Positions 25,934-35,494 of a DNA stretch of 64,000 nucleotides are shown piece by piece. The stretch spans positions 14,924 to 78,923 of IMG/VR virus record IMGVR_UViG_3300006204_000008; one strand, 5' to 3'. The first letter of the stretch is position 1. Each line of letters starts with the position of its first letter. Source of the stretch: a virus. Taxonomy: Duplodnaviria > Caudoviricetes. A model generated the notes under the pieces. The model was not told where the DNA came from. It searched no databases and saw nothing but the letters and a program-made list of their open reading frames with translations. The translations under genes were made by a program, and so were the position numbers.

Positions 25934-26448
25934 TGGCATATGTTGCCCCCAACTGGAAGAATGGCGCGGCCCCCGCGCTGGATGCCGCTGCGTTGCAAGC
26001 AATCAGTGATGCCATTGTGGAGTTGCAAAACAAGAACACATCCCAGGATTCACTGATATCCTCCCTGCAGTCAGCGGTCAATGGAAAAGCAAGAGTGGCG
26101 TTTGGGACATATAGAGGGACGGGAGCGTTTGGAAGTACACATAGAAACCGTATAACATTGGGGTTTGCACCGTTTCTTTTTATGTGTACGGGTACCTATT
26201 GTTATAGCCCCATGAAATATTTTACTGTCGGATTTGGATGCGCGGCTGGGTATGTGACCCCTTCATTCGTTTGGTTAAGGGGGCCAAACACTATTTTGAC
26301 GAGCGACGTTAATTCTACGAGTCAGCTTGAACACTATAGTATATACCCAACATGGGGGGATACCTTTATGGAGTGGTATAGTGAAAGCAACGCAGAATGC
26401 CAACTAAACGCTTTATATACATACTACAATTATCTTGCTTTAGGGTAA
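25933..26448 (+). CDS. Adhesin/receptor-binding-like paralogue B
   Basis: N-terminus near-identical to A; GTYRGTG...ITLGFAP...WY...CQLN..YTYYNYLALG. Confidence 0.75.
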   Translation: MAYVAPNWKNGAAPALDAAALQAISDAIVELQNKNTSQDSLISSLQSAVNGKARVAFGTYRGTGAFGSTHRNRITLGFAPFLFMCTGTYCYSPMKYFTVGFGCAAGYVTPSFVWLRGPNTILTSDVNSTSQLEHYSIYPTWGDTFMEWYSESNAECQLNALYTYYNYLALG

Positions 26449-26569
26449 ACAAAACGTGAAGTCTTTGCAGTTACGAAAAAGAATCACCCTTCCGCCGAAG
26501 CGAAATCCTGAGCGGGATTCCACAGAAAGCCTTTTTGTGCTATAATCTTTGTGAAGGGAGGCGAAACCT

Positions 26570-26881
26570 GTGCAGAGATGGAAAAACCGGTGGCTTCGCC
26601 GCAATGCTGGGGCACGTGCGGCGCTGCGGACACGGCCCGCTTCGGCGGATGGAACAAGGCGGTGCAGCGACTGCGCAAATTTCCTCTGCTGCCCGAAGGG
26701 GAGCAGGGCCGGAAATCATGTAGACTGCTTTGTGCCCTACACTATGCTGCGGGATCAGGAACGGCGCAGGGAAGAGCACAAGGAAGTGGATCAGTTTGCA
26801 GCTGTGATGGGGGGCATTCTTGCCATCTCCTGTGTTGTTCTGGTTTTGATTTTCGTCATCCCGTATGTCCTTGGTATTTGA
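26570..26881 (+). CDS. Small protein with C-terminal transmembrane helix
   Basis: SD GGAGG; upstream TG.TATAAT at 26541-46; hydrophobic tail. Confidence 0.6.
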   Translation: MQRWKNRWLRRNAGARAALRTRPASADGTRRCSDCANFLCCPKGSRAGNHVDCFVPYTMLRDQERRREEHKEVDQFAAVMGGILAISCVVLVLIFVIPYVLGI

Positions 26882-26918
26882 TAGAATACGGACAAAAAAA
26901 CATACTTTTGAAAGATTC

Positions 26919-27008
26919 CCTCGCCGCAAGCAGGCGGCGGGAAGAGCCAGAAGGGCTGAACAAACCTCTCGGAAGAAACCGGGAGGGGCGTTCAGCCCTT
27001 CTTTTTTT
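26919..27008 (+). promoter_or_regulatory. Conserved late-leader hairpin plus long terminator, copy 2
   Basis: CCTCGCCGC-AAGCAG-GCGGCGGG-AAGAGCCAG then AGAAGGGCTGAAC/GTTCAGCCCTTCT stem and T run. Confidence 0.8.
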
Positions 27009-27030
27009 ATTCGGGAAGGGAGGAAAGAAA

Positions 27031-27456
27031 GTGGGAGAGAGCGCAAATGTCGCGGCATTTATTGCCAAGCTGGACACAGCGATTGACGAAGTGATGCAGA
27101 CAACAGTGGCGGACGGCGCGAAGGAAGCTCTTCAGAGGGCCGCACAGTCAGAAGTGTATTCGTATTCCCCGCTATTCTACAGCCGCAGAGGGACAGCAGG
27201 GGGCATCGCAGACAAGAGGAATATGGAAACGGAGTACGGCGGTTTTACGTTGACCATCCAGGACGTGGCCTCCTGGCAGCAGATTTACGGCGGGAGCGCC
27301 CCGGGGGAACGGTTAGCGGAGGCCCTTGCATCTGGGTCAGCCCGGTATCACTTTCATCGGGCGGGGCCGAGGCCCTTCCATGAAAAGGCGGAGAAGGAGT
27401 ACGGCGCACTGTTTGCCGCTGATTTGATTGGTGGGCTTCGGGCCAAAGGTTTTTGA
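27031..27456 (+). CDS. Putative tail-completion protein (HK97 gp10-like position)
   Basis: GTG behind GGAGG; immediately before tape measure. Confidence 0.55.
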   Translation: MGESANVAAFIAKLDTAIDEVMQTTVADGAKEALQRAAQSEVYSYSPLFYSRRGTAGGIADKRNMETEYGGFTLTIQDVASWQQIYGGSAPGERLAEALASGSARYHFHRAGPRPFHEKAEKEYGALFAADLIGGLRAKGF

Positions 27457-27474
27457 GGAAGGATGGGATAGAGC

Positions 27475-30400
27475 ATGGCAGAGATCGTCACGTTAAAAGT
27501 TAATGTTGACCGGGGACAGCTGACCGCCCTCCAGGCGGACTTGGCGAAACTACAGTCTAAGACGGTGGACATTAAGGTAAACGCCTCCGGGTTTGCGGCA
27601 TTGGACAAGAACATCGTCAAGAACATCAACAGCGTATCCCGCTTTGTCAATGCCGCCTCCCGACTGGAAAAGACCCAGGCCCAAGTGCGGATTGCCCAGG
27701 AGCGGACGGCGCAGGCAACTCAGCGGAGGATGACGGCGGAGAGCCAGCTTGCCGCACAGCAGGCGCGGCTTGCAACGCAAAACGCCAGGACGGCAACGGA
27801 GGAAGCACGGCTTGCCACCCAGACCCAGAAAACCGCCACGGAGGAAGCCAAGGCAGCGACCCAGGCCCAGAGAGTGGCCCAGGAGCGGGCCAAACTGGCT
27901 ACCCAGACCCAGCGGACCGCGACGGAAGAGGCGCGGCTTGCCACCCAGCAGGAACGCACACGGACCGCCCAGGCCCGGGCGTCGGCGTCCCAGCAGAGGA
28001 TGATCCGCTCTACTAACGAAGCGACCCAGGCCAACAATAACCTCATTACCAGCCTTGCCAGCAGCGCAAAGGGAATGGCACAGTCGATGCTGACGGCGGC
28101 GCTGATTTATAAGCCTGTCCAGTCGTTCAAGGAAGCTCTGGAAACCATGAAGGCTGTGGATGCCGAGCTGGTCAACGTGGGCAAGGTGACCAAGTGGCCG
28201 GAGGAACGGTTGAAGGCCATGGGAGAGCAGGCATACAAGACTGCTTCTGAATATGGCGTGGCGGCGAATGAGTATTTGTCGAGCGTAACGGAGTTTACTC
28301 GGGCAGGCTATCTGGGACAGAGCGAGGCGTTGGCAGAGCTGGCGAACAAGACGCAGATCGTGGGTGACACCACGGCAGATGTGGCCAACCAGTTTTTGCT
28401 GGCGGTGGACAAGGGCTACCAGATGGGCGGTTCTGTTGAGAAGCTGAGCGCGGTGCTGGACGGGGCCAACGAGATTGGCAACAACTTTGCAACTAGCATC
28501 CCGAAAATTGCCGAGGGCCTTGGTAAGGTGGCGCCCATCGGCGCACAGGCCAAGGTGGGCATTGACGAACTGTCTGCCGCCATCGGCACGGTCACAGCCG
28601 TCACGCAGAGAAGCGGTACTGAGGCCGCGACGGCCCTTCGCGCCCTGTTCTTGAACATCATGGGCGACACTAAGACGGAGATTGACGAGGGCGTGACCTG
28701 GACCACAGGTGAAATCGCGGGTTTGCGGGACGTGCTGAATATCTATGCCTCCGACGTAGTGGCGGCGGCGGATGCTACGGGCAGCCTCATCAATCCCATG
28801 GAAGCCATCGGGGCGCTGTCGCAGTCGATGAAGGACGGCGTTCTGACGGAACAGAAGCTGATGGAAATGGTTTCCGACATCGGCGGCAAACTCCGTACCT
28901 CTCAGCTGCTGGCCTTGATCCAGAACTGGGATATGTACGAGGCGATGCTGGATAAGTACGAAAACGCCGCCGGGTCTGCCGACCGGGAAGTGGAACGGGC
29001 CATGGATTCCTGGGGGAGAAAGACCGAGGTTCTGAAGAACACCTGGACACAGTTTGTTTCCCATATCGTAGAGACAGACACCATCAAAGGGACCATTACC
29101 GGGGTCACTGACGTCATTTCCGGGTTGGACACCCAATTTGGCCATGTAGCACTGAGCGTGGGGACATGGACTCTGGGGATTATGGGCGCGGCAAAGGCCG
29201 TGAATGCGCTCGGAACGGCCTTTGCTTCCTCAAAACTCATGTCGGGGATCAACTACCTGAGAAGCATGAATGCCCTGGGCGGCGCACAGGGCGTGATGAA
29301 AGGGCTTGGATTCCTGATAAAAACTAACCCGGTGATTGCCGGGGGTCTTGCCTTTGCGGGCCTGTATACTTTAGTCAAAGAGCTTCGGGAAGTCGCTCCG
29401 ACCGTGGAACACGCCAGAGACGAGATAGAAAAACTGCAAGCGCAGCTAGAAGAGGGTTTTGGTGGTGGCAGTGAGTACGAGGACCTTCTCTCCCGGGCGG
29501 ATAGTCTGACAGCGGCCGAGCAGCAGCGGCTTACCATTTTGAAAGCGCAGAAGCAGGCGTTGGAAGGGCAGATCGAGGACACCAAAGAGTTGGAATTTGC
29601 CCGTTTCCAGAATAACCTTGGCATTGGGAACGAGCGTCAGGAAATGTCCGGGAAAACCATAGACGAAACCCGGCTTGACAAGATGAGAAAGACGCAGGAG
29701 AGCTTGACAGAGGCTTTCCAAGCGGGTGAGATCGGTGCGACGGAGTTCAAGAAGGGTCTGACAGATCTGATTTCGGAGAGTGAGGAGTATTACAACGCCC
29801 TTGTGAAGTATAAGGACGCGGGATACGACCTGACCCAAGCTCAAAAAGCCACGATTGAGCGGTATGAATCTATCGCGCAGCTGCTGGGCACAGCAGAAAA
29901 TGGGTATCTGTCGGCGGCAGTGGCCTTGGAGCGGTTTGACGCCGCAGCGGAGGTAGGGGGGAAGACCCTGCTCAATGGAGATGCTTTGAAAAAGTCCCTG
30001 GAAGAAGCAGGGGCAACGGCGGAGCAGATCGAATCCATCCTGGCGAACATCGGCGAGGATGAGAACACCATCCTGATTGACATTGAAGCTGACCCGAAAG
30101 CCGCCTTGGATGCTTTGAAGGAAGTGGGCATTGCAGCGGAGAACGCCGACGGGACGATTGAGATCGACTATTCCGCGTTCAGCGGACTCATGAGCCAGCT
30201 GGGCTACACAAATGAAGAGGCTTCTTCCCTGACGCAGAATCTGAGAGAGCTGGGAAATGTCACATTCACGAATCTTCCCGGACAGATGGATGCGACCGGA
30301 GCGAAAATCGAAAGCGTTTCAGAGCGGACGCAGAATGCGAAGAGACAGCTGGACGCACTGGGCAGGACGAAGGCCCAGCCGAAGATAGAACTGAAAGATG

Positions 30401-33123
30401 ACGGCGCACAGGCGCGGATCGAAGCCATCAAGAGCAGTCTGGCCGGAATCCCGCGTAGCATCAACGTTGCCATCCGTGTAGCAAATGGGACCGCAGGGGC
30501 TATTACCGGAAGTATGCTCAGCCCATATTTGCCGAAACGAGCAGACGCAGAAGGCACCGATGCCTTCCCCGGCGGTAAAACCCTGGTCAACGAGTTGGGG
30601 CCTGAAATCATCCGGGAAGGAGGCCGGGCCAGGATCGCCGCCGGAGGCAGGCCGACCATCACCACGGTAGCGCGGGGAGCGCAGATTTTTACGGCGGAAG
30701 AGACGAGGGATATTCTCTCCGGGCGCGGGCAGGATATCCCACTCGCGTCTTTTGCCTTTGGTGCGAAGAAATCCGGGTCTATTTCCTCGCTATCCTCTAA
30801 CGGAACAGGTCTTTCGGAATTTGCCCACAGCAGACCGGCCGGAAGCCAGACCAGCAGCGGGAGCGGCAGCCCAAGCAGTGCAGGGAAGAAGAGTGCGTCC
30901 GGTTCTACCGCGAGAAAGTCCAGCTCTGGAAGCGGGAGTTCCGGGAAGAGCGGCGGCAGCAGCGGAGGCGGAAATGATGCACAGCTGGAGGCATTGCAGG
31001 CGGATCTTGAGCTTTTGAAGGCGCAGTATAGCTTTCTGGAAGCCTCCGGGGCCGGAGCCGATGCACTCACCGCCAAGTCCAAAGAAATCCAAACGGCCCT
31101 GCATAACATCAACAACTACCTCCGGGCTACCAACGGGGAGGAAAAGGACATCGTGTCCAATTCCACCGACTGGTGGAAAGAACTTGAAACGATAAAATCC
31201 ACCATCACGGAGGCTTACGAGGCGGAGCGGGATTTGCTGGACACGGAGATCGAGCTTTCCCAGCGGCAGGGCCTGAATGTTGGGACGCAGCTGGAGAAGT
31301 ATCGTCAAATTCAGGATTCCCTACACAAGCAGGCGCAGTATTTAAGGCAGATCGGCGCATCTCAGGCGGAGATCAACAAGCTGTCTTTGGAATGGTGGGA
31401 TGTTCAAGAGGACATCAAAAAGGCTCAGGAGGATCTTTGGGACGAGTTGAGTGATGCTGTTGATTGGGAACTTCAGCGGGCGGATGAAGCGCGGGAAGCT
31501 GAGATTAAGGCCATTGATTACCTCATTGAGCAGAAGGAAGCGGCGCGGGATGCGGCGAAGGAGGAGAAGGAGACCCAGGAAAAACTATTACGCATTGAGG
31601 AGGCACGGGCCGCGCTGGAAAACGCGAAGAATGAGCGAACGGTCCGAATGTTCAACGCCCAGACCGGGCAGTGGGAATGGATTGCAGACCCCAAAACGGT
31701 GAAGAGCGCCCAGGATGAGTTGGATGAGGCGGAGAAGGACTGGAGGGAATACCAGGAAGAGCTCGCATACCAGAAAGAAATCAGGGAGATGGAGCGGCGC
31801 AAGAAGGCCATCAACGATCAATATGATGAGTTGGAAAAGTCCTGGAAGAAGATCACCCAGAGTATGCAGCAGCCAGCCCGGAAAATCAGTGACATTCTTG
31901 ATGACATTGCTAAGAATGGCACGCCGCAGATGAAGGCGCAGATTGGTAATGTAAATAAGCTTCTGGGCGACCTTGGGAACTACATCAAGGGGGTTATCGG
32001 AATCGGTACAGGTGACAGCTACTTCGACGAGTATTGGAGTCAGCCCTTTGACCAGACGAAGGTTGACGAGGTTGTCACCCAAGGCAAGGACTACAGTCAA
32101 GACACAGCGGACTATCACGCGATGATGGAACGGGCCTCGAATGTGGATGACTTTTACTACTTTGCGGCACAGCGGCAAGCCAAAATGGAGGCGTTAGGCA
32201 TCAAGGCAGGGGTGGACAAGGACGCCAACGGGAACGTTTATAAGACCAATGAGCAGATTTGGAAGGAATGGCAGGCAAATCATAAGGGGTGGGAAAATGT
32301 TCCGACGAACATGGGAGCGCCCTACACACCGGTAACCGGCGGTGGGAAGACTTATGCTTCAGTAAACGGCAAGGCCCCGGCTGGGATGAAGGTTGGGGAC
32401 CAAGTAGTTACCCAGGGCGGAACTTATGAAATCACGGGATTCAACCCCGATGGTACTTATCAATCTAAGTATGTGAGTGATACCACTAAGGACACCTATA
32501 AGGGTAGTTACGCTAACAGCTCCGGTTCTTCCTCATCTGGAAGCTCTGGCAGCAAGGGAAGCGGTTCTTCCTCCGGGTCCTCTTCTTCCGGCAACAAGGG
32601 TGGCGGGACATATGCTTCTGTCAACGGTAAAGCCCCCTCCGGCCTGTCAGCAGGGGACAAGGTAGTCACTCAGGGCGGCACATACAAAATCACAGGTGTC
32701 AATAAGGATGGGTCCTACCAGTCTCAAAAGGTGTCAAGTCAGACAAAGAGCGACTATGAGAAAAATGGCGGCACCTACTCCAAGAAGTACGATGAAGGCG
32801 GCATCCTTCGCGGCCTGGGCGGCATCAAGGCTACAGCGGAAAATGAAATGGTCCTGCCCCCGGACATCACTGCCGCCCTGCTCAAACCAAGCGCGGACGC
32901 TGTGTTCCAGCAGAGAATGAAGGAGCTGGGGCTGATTTATGGTACGCCCCAGCGTCTTGGACCTCAGCTGGCGGGCATGGCCAGGACAGGGAACAACTAT
33001 GACCACTCTGGCCCGGAGTATCATATGGGCAATATCACCCTCAGCGAGGCCCAGGCAAAGAGCATGACAGTCTATGATCTGGCGCAGAAGGCGAGGAATC
33101 TGACTCTATTCAATGGAAGATAG
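27475..33123 (+). CDS. Tape measure protein
   Basis: 1882 aa, helical Ala-rich repeats, TP901-type core, hydrophobic segment, Ser/Gly linkers. Confidence 0.92.
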   Translation: MAEIVTLKVNVDRGQLTALQADLAKLQSKTVDIKVNASGFAALDKNIVKNINSVSRFVNAASRLEKTQAQVRIAQERTAQATQRRMTAESQLAAQQARLATQNARTATEEARLATQTQKTATEEAKAATQAQRVAQERAKLATQTQRTATEEARLATQQERTRTAQARASASQQRMIRSTNEATQANNNLITSLASSAKGMAQSMLTAALIYKPVQSFKEALETMKAVDAELVNVGKVTKWPEERLKAMGEQAYKTASEYGVAANEYLSSVTEFTRAGYLGQSEALAELANKTQIVGDTTADVANQFLLAVDKGYQMGGSVEKLSAVLDGANEIGNNFATSIPKIAEGLGKVAPIGAQAKVGIDELSAAIGTVTAVTQRSGTEAATALRALFLNIMGDTKTEIDEGVTWTTGEIAGLRDVLNIYASDVVAAADATGSLINPMEAIGALSQSMKDGVLTEQKLMEMVSDIGGKLRTSQLLALIQNWDMYEAMLDKYENAAGSADREVERAMDSWGRKTEVLKNTWTQFVSHIVETDTIKGTITGVTDVISGLDTQFGHVALSVGTWTLGIMGAAKAVNALGTAFASSKLMSGINYLRSMNALGGAQGVMKGLGFLIKTNPVIAGGLAFAGLYTLVKELREVAPTVEHARDEIEKLQAQLEEGFGGGSEYEDLLSRADSLTAAEQQRLTILKAQKQALEGQIEDTKELEFARFQNNLGIGNERQEMSGKTIDETRLDKMRKTQESLTEAFQAGEIGATEFKKGLTDLISESEEYYNALVKYKDAGYDLTQAQKATIERYESIAQLLGTAENGYLSAAVALERFDAAAEVGGKTLLNGDALKKSLEEAGATAEQIESILANIGEDENTILIDIEADPKAALDALKEVGIAAENADGTIEIDYSAFSGLMSQLGYTNEEASSLTQNLRELGNVTFTNLPGQMDATGAKIESVSERTQNAKRQLDALGRTKAQPKIELKDDGAQARIEAIKSSLAGIPRSINVAIRVANGTAGAITGSMLSPYLPKRADAEGTDAFPGGKTLVNELGPEIIREGGRARIAAGGRPTITTVARGAQIFTAEETRDILSGRGQDIPLASFAFGAKKSGSISSLSSNGTGLSEFAHSRPAGSQTSSGSGSPSSAGKKSASGSTARKSSSGSGSSGKSGGSSGGGNDAQLEALQADLELLKAQYSFLEASGAGADALTAKSKEIQTALHNINNYLRATNGEEKDIVSNSTDWWKELETIKSTITEAYEAERDLLDTEIELSQRQGLNVGTQLEKYRQIQDSLHKQAQYLRQIGASQAEINKLSLEWWDVQEDIKKAQEDLWDELSDAVDWELQRADEAREAEIKAIDYLIEQKEAARDAAKEEKETQEKLLRIEEARAALENAKNERTVRMFNAQTGQWEWIADPKTVKSAQDELDEAEKDWREYQEELAYQKEIREMERRKKAINDQYDELEKSWKKITQSMQQPARKISDILDDIAKNGTPQMKAQIGNVNKLLGDLGNYIKGVIGIGTGDSYFDEYWSQPFDQTKVDEVVTQGKDYSQDTADYHAMMERASNVDDFYYFAAQRQAKMEALGIKAGVDKDANGNVYKTNEQIWKEWQANHKGWENVPTNMGAPYTPVTGGGKTYASVNGKAPAGMKVGDQVVTQGGTYEITGFNPDGTYQSKYVSDTTKDTYKGSYANSSGSSSSGSSGSKGSGSSSGSSSSGNKGGGTYASVNGKAPSGLSAGDKVVTQGGTYKITGVNKDGSYQSQKVSSQTKSDYEKNGGTYSKKYDEGGILRGLGGIKATAENEMVLPPDITAALLKPSADAVFQQRMKELGLIYGTPQRLGPQLAGMARTGNNYDHSGPEYHMGNITLSEAQAKSMTVYDLAQKARNLTLFNGR
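27750..27980 (+). repeat. 11-residue tandem repeats in TMP N-terminus
   Basis: Recurrent TQ(K/R)TATEEARLA units, 33-bp DNA periodicity. Confidence 0.75.
32341..32727 (+). repeat. Duplicated about 43-aa domain in TMP C-terminus
   Basis: TYASVNGKAP.G..GD.VVTQGGTY.ITG.N.DG.YQS at 32341-32469 and 32599-32727 with Ser/Gly linker. Confidence 0.8.
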
Positions 33124-33169
33124 GATGATTTGGAGCCTGTGATACGATGGAGGTGGGAGGTGAAAAGCT

Positions 33170-33415
33170 GTGCAAAATCTATATTTAATACAATCTGCTG
33201 CGGGAAAGAGTGTGAGCGAATTGGAACAGGAACGGTTTGCTTTGCTTGAAAAAGCAAAATTCGTTCTTGGAGAAGGTGATTTTGAAATACGCAGGGTAAT
33301 TCCTGCTATTGGCATGGCCGTTTTGCATGGGAATTCTGAAGGTCTCAATTCTTTATTCTGCGGGGATTCGGCATTGTTTTGGATGGATAGTCCGGTGGAA
33401 AGAATCGGTAGCTGA
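33170..33415 (+). CDS. Small hypothetical protein
   Basis: GTG behind GGAGGTG. Confidence 0.6.
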   Translation: MQNLYLIQSAAGKSVSELEQERFALLEKAKFVLGEGDFEIRRVIPAIGMAVLHGNSEGLNSLFCGDSALFWMDSPVERIGS

Positions 33416-33431
33416 GAGAGGAGTAAATTAT

Positions 33432-33531
33432 ATGACAAATTGCACAATTACCAATAAATGGATGCGGGGGGGGGGGCTCTAGCCTACTAACCGTCAAAAT
33501 GACGAAGGGGGTGCTGGTATGCCTCTGGTGA
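33432..33531 (+). promoter_or_regulatory. Poly-G leader uORF switch D (G11, predicted OFF)
   Basis: SD AGGAG+ATG 33432; G11 33466-76; TAG 33480-82; G10/G13 reads to TGA 33529-31, overlapping the gene starting at 33519. Confidence 0.75.
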
Positions 33532-34130
33532 ATGGGAAATATCAGGCCCCAAACTGGAAGAACGGACAGGCCCCGGCCATTGACGCAGCGGAGCTGCAAG
33601 CAATCTGCGATAGATTGCAGGCGCTGGATAATTCTACAGCCTCTCCTATACTGGAGTTTGACGAGACAAAGATAGACACGGTTGCGTCTTCTGGTAAGAG
33701 GATTGAATTGGTGGCTCCTTTGATGCCTTACTTTAAAGCTGTGGAATGCTCCGCTTACCTACAGCTACTTGAGACGTTGTCGGAAGCCCCCAATTATCAG
33801 TTGGAATTTGTGAACTCCTATAATAATGCGGTTAAAATAAATTACTATAGGGATGGACAAACCGTAGCCAATAATGTTGATGCAATAGTTCTACCTGGAG
33901 GACCAAAAAGAAATGGAGAGAGGCTATCAATAAATTGGGGGTGGAATGATGTTTCGACTAGTGGTGTCATCACAAAACTAGATTATTGGGCACAAAATAA
34001 CGGTGGATTCATCAAGAGTACGTTTTATATCTGGTGTGATAGTTTGATCCAGAGGGTTTATTTGAAAAACTATAATGGGACAACAAAGGTTACTGGGAGA
34101 ATGGCAAGATTGGGAGTTTTGGAAACATGA
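33519..34130 (+). CDS. Adhesin/receptor-binding-like paralogue D (unrelated C-domain)
   Basis: N-terminus MPLVNGKYQAPNWKNGQAPAIDAAELQAICDRL; AT-rich variable C-terminus. Confidence 0.7.
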   Translation: MPLVNGKYQAPNWKNGQAPAIDAAELQAICDRLQALDNSTASPILEFDETKIDTVASSGKRIELVAPLMPYFKAVECSAYLQLLETLSEAPNYQLEFVNSYNNAVKINYYRDGQTVANNVDAIVLPGGPKRNGERLSINWGWNDVSTSGVITKLDYWAQNNGGFIKSTFYIWCDSLIQRVYLKNYNGTTKVTGRMARLGVLET

Positions 34131-34162
34131 CACTCCCCACAGCTAAAGCCGGGGGAGTGTCA
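34128..34162. mobile_element. IS200/IS605-end-like palindrome (PATE-like scar) or terminator
   Basis: TGACACTCCCC-ACAGCTAAAGCCG-GGGGAGTGTCA. Confidence 0.4.
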
Positions 34163-34218
34163 ACGATAGACCATTTTTCAAATGTCAAAGATTACTTAAC
34201 GTCCCATCCCCCAGGACA

Positions 34219-34491
34219 ATGGCGTTGGACAGATTGCCAAATACCAGCACCAGAGCCTGATCCCCCACGGCCTTGGACGCTGCGGCTCTACAAGCGATGA
34301 GTGACGCTATTGTAGCGAACCAGACGAAGAACACGTCCCACGATTCCACCATCTCATCCATGCAGTCAGCAATCTCGGCGTTACAAAGTGGTGGATTGAT
34401 AGTGGAAGTGGTGCGCCAACTGCATCAACGCAACTTAATGTTTCTGGCTCGACATACCATTTCTTGGAAATCTGGGTATAATTCAGGCTAA
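34219..34491 (+). pseudogene. Decayed sixth paralogue of the adhesin family
   Basis: ALDAAALQAMSDAIV..KNTSHDSTISSMQS in one frame; C-terminal WIDSGSGAPTASTQLNVSGSTYHFLEIWV in another; upstream in-frame TGA at 34258. Confidence 0.7.
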
Positions 34492-34518
34492 CATCTGCGT
34501 AAAAGGAGGAGTAAACGA

Positions 34519-35478
34519 ATGGAACGAGAAAAAATACCGCCTGCGGAGCAGCAGCGGCGGTACAACGAATTGGAGCAGGAGACCAGCACAGACTTGGCGT
34601 ATTTCTATTGCTGCATCGCTTTTGATGTTCCCTTCGCTCCAGAAGCGGTACCCAAGGACGAGGGGGCGGACCGGTGGGTGCAGTACCTCAAGAACCTAGC
34701 CCGGATGCCGCAATATCTGGACCGGAAGGGCAAGTATCTGAGCTTCCTGGCCGGGAGGACGAACGTCCTGGAGATTTTTGGGGCCAGCTTGGATGTGGGA
34801 CGGTTCCGGGAAGCTCTGGAGGACGGCAAGCCCGGGACCCGGGAGCAGAGGGAGACTTGGGGTGTGGGGCCTAAAAAATATCCCTACACCGCGGAAGATT
34901 ATGACGAGCTGGACCGGACTTATAAAATCCTCTCCTCAGATTTGGAGAAGGCCGGGGGCGTGTCTGTGAAGCAGGAGTTTGTCCTTCGCCGCTGCTCCAC
35001 CCGTACCCTTGAAATGAAACGGCTTGAGGACGCGGGCCGCCTAGACTCAGCCAAAAAGCTCCAGGAAATGATTCAAAAGGACCTGGAATCGGAACAGCTA
35101 CGCAAAAAGGACGCCAAGCCCGTTGAAGACTTCCGGCTGGATTCCCTGGCCGACGCACTGGAGAAGGCGGGGCTGATGCGGGAGGGAAAGTGGTGCCCCC
35201 CCGATGAGGCGTTTGAAATCTTCTTTGGGCATCCCCCTGCCTACCCTTACACCCGGGATGCGGCGGATCAGATGATCCTCATCAATGAGAACCGGATGCG
35301 GAACAACGACGGCCTGCCGGAGCTGGGGATTCTGCCGGACGAAATGCGTCTGGTGGATGAGCTGGGCGAGTTTGCCCAGGAGCAAAGTCCCAGAGAAGTG
35401 ACAGCGTATGAAAAGCTGGGCCTGGTGAAAATGCCCCCTGTGGGGCAGGGGGAAAGCCCGGAGGAGGGCGGGAACTGA
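34519..35478 (+). CDS. Putative terminase small subunit (positional)
   Basis: Directly upstream of TerL; helical and charged. Confidence 0.5.
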   Translation: MEREKIPPAEQQRRYNELEQETSTDLAYFYCCIAFDVPFAPEAVPKDEGADRWVQYLKNLARMPQYLDRKGKYLSFLAGRTNVLEIFGASLDVGRFREALEDGKPGTREQRETWGVGPKKYPYTAEDYDELDRTYKILSSDLEKAGGVSVKQEFVLRRCSTRTLEMKRLEDAGRLDSAKKLQEMIQKDLESEQLRKKDAKPVEDFRLDSLADALEKAGLMREGKWCPPDEAFEIFFGHPPAYPYTRDAADQMILINENRMRNNDGLPELGILPDEMRLVDELGEFAQEQSPREVTAYEKLGLVKMPPVGQGESPEEGGN

Positions 35479-35494
35479 TGGGAAAGGAGGAAGC

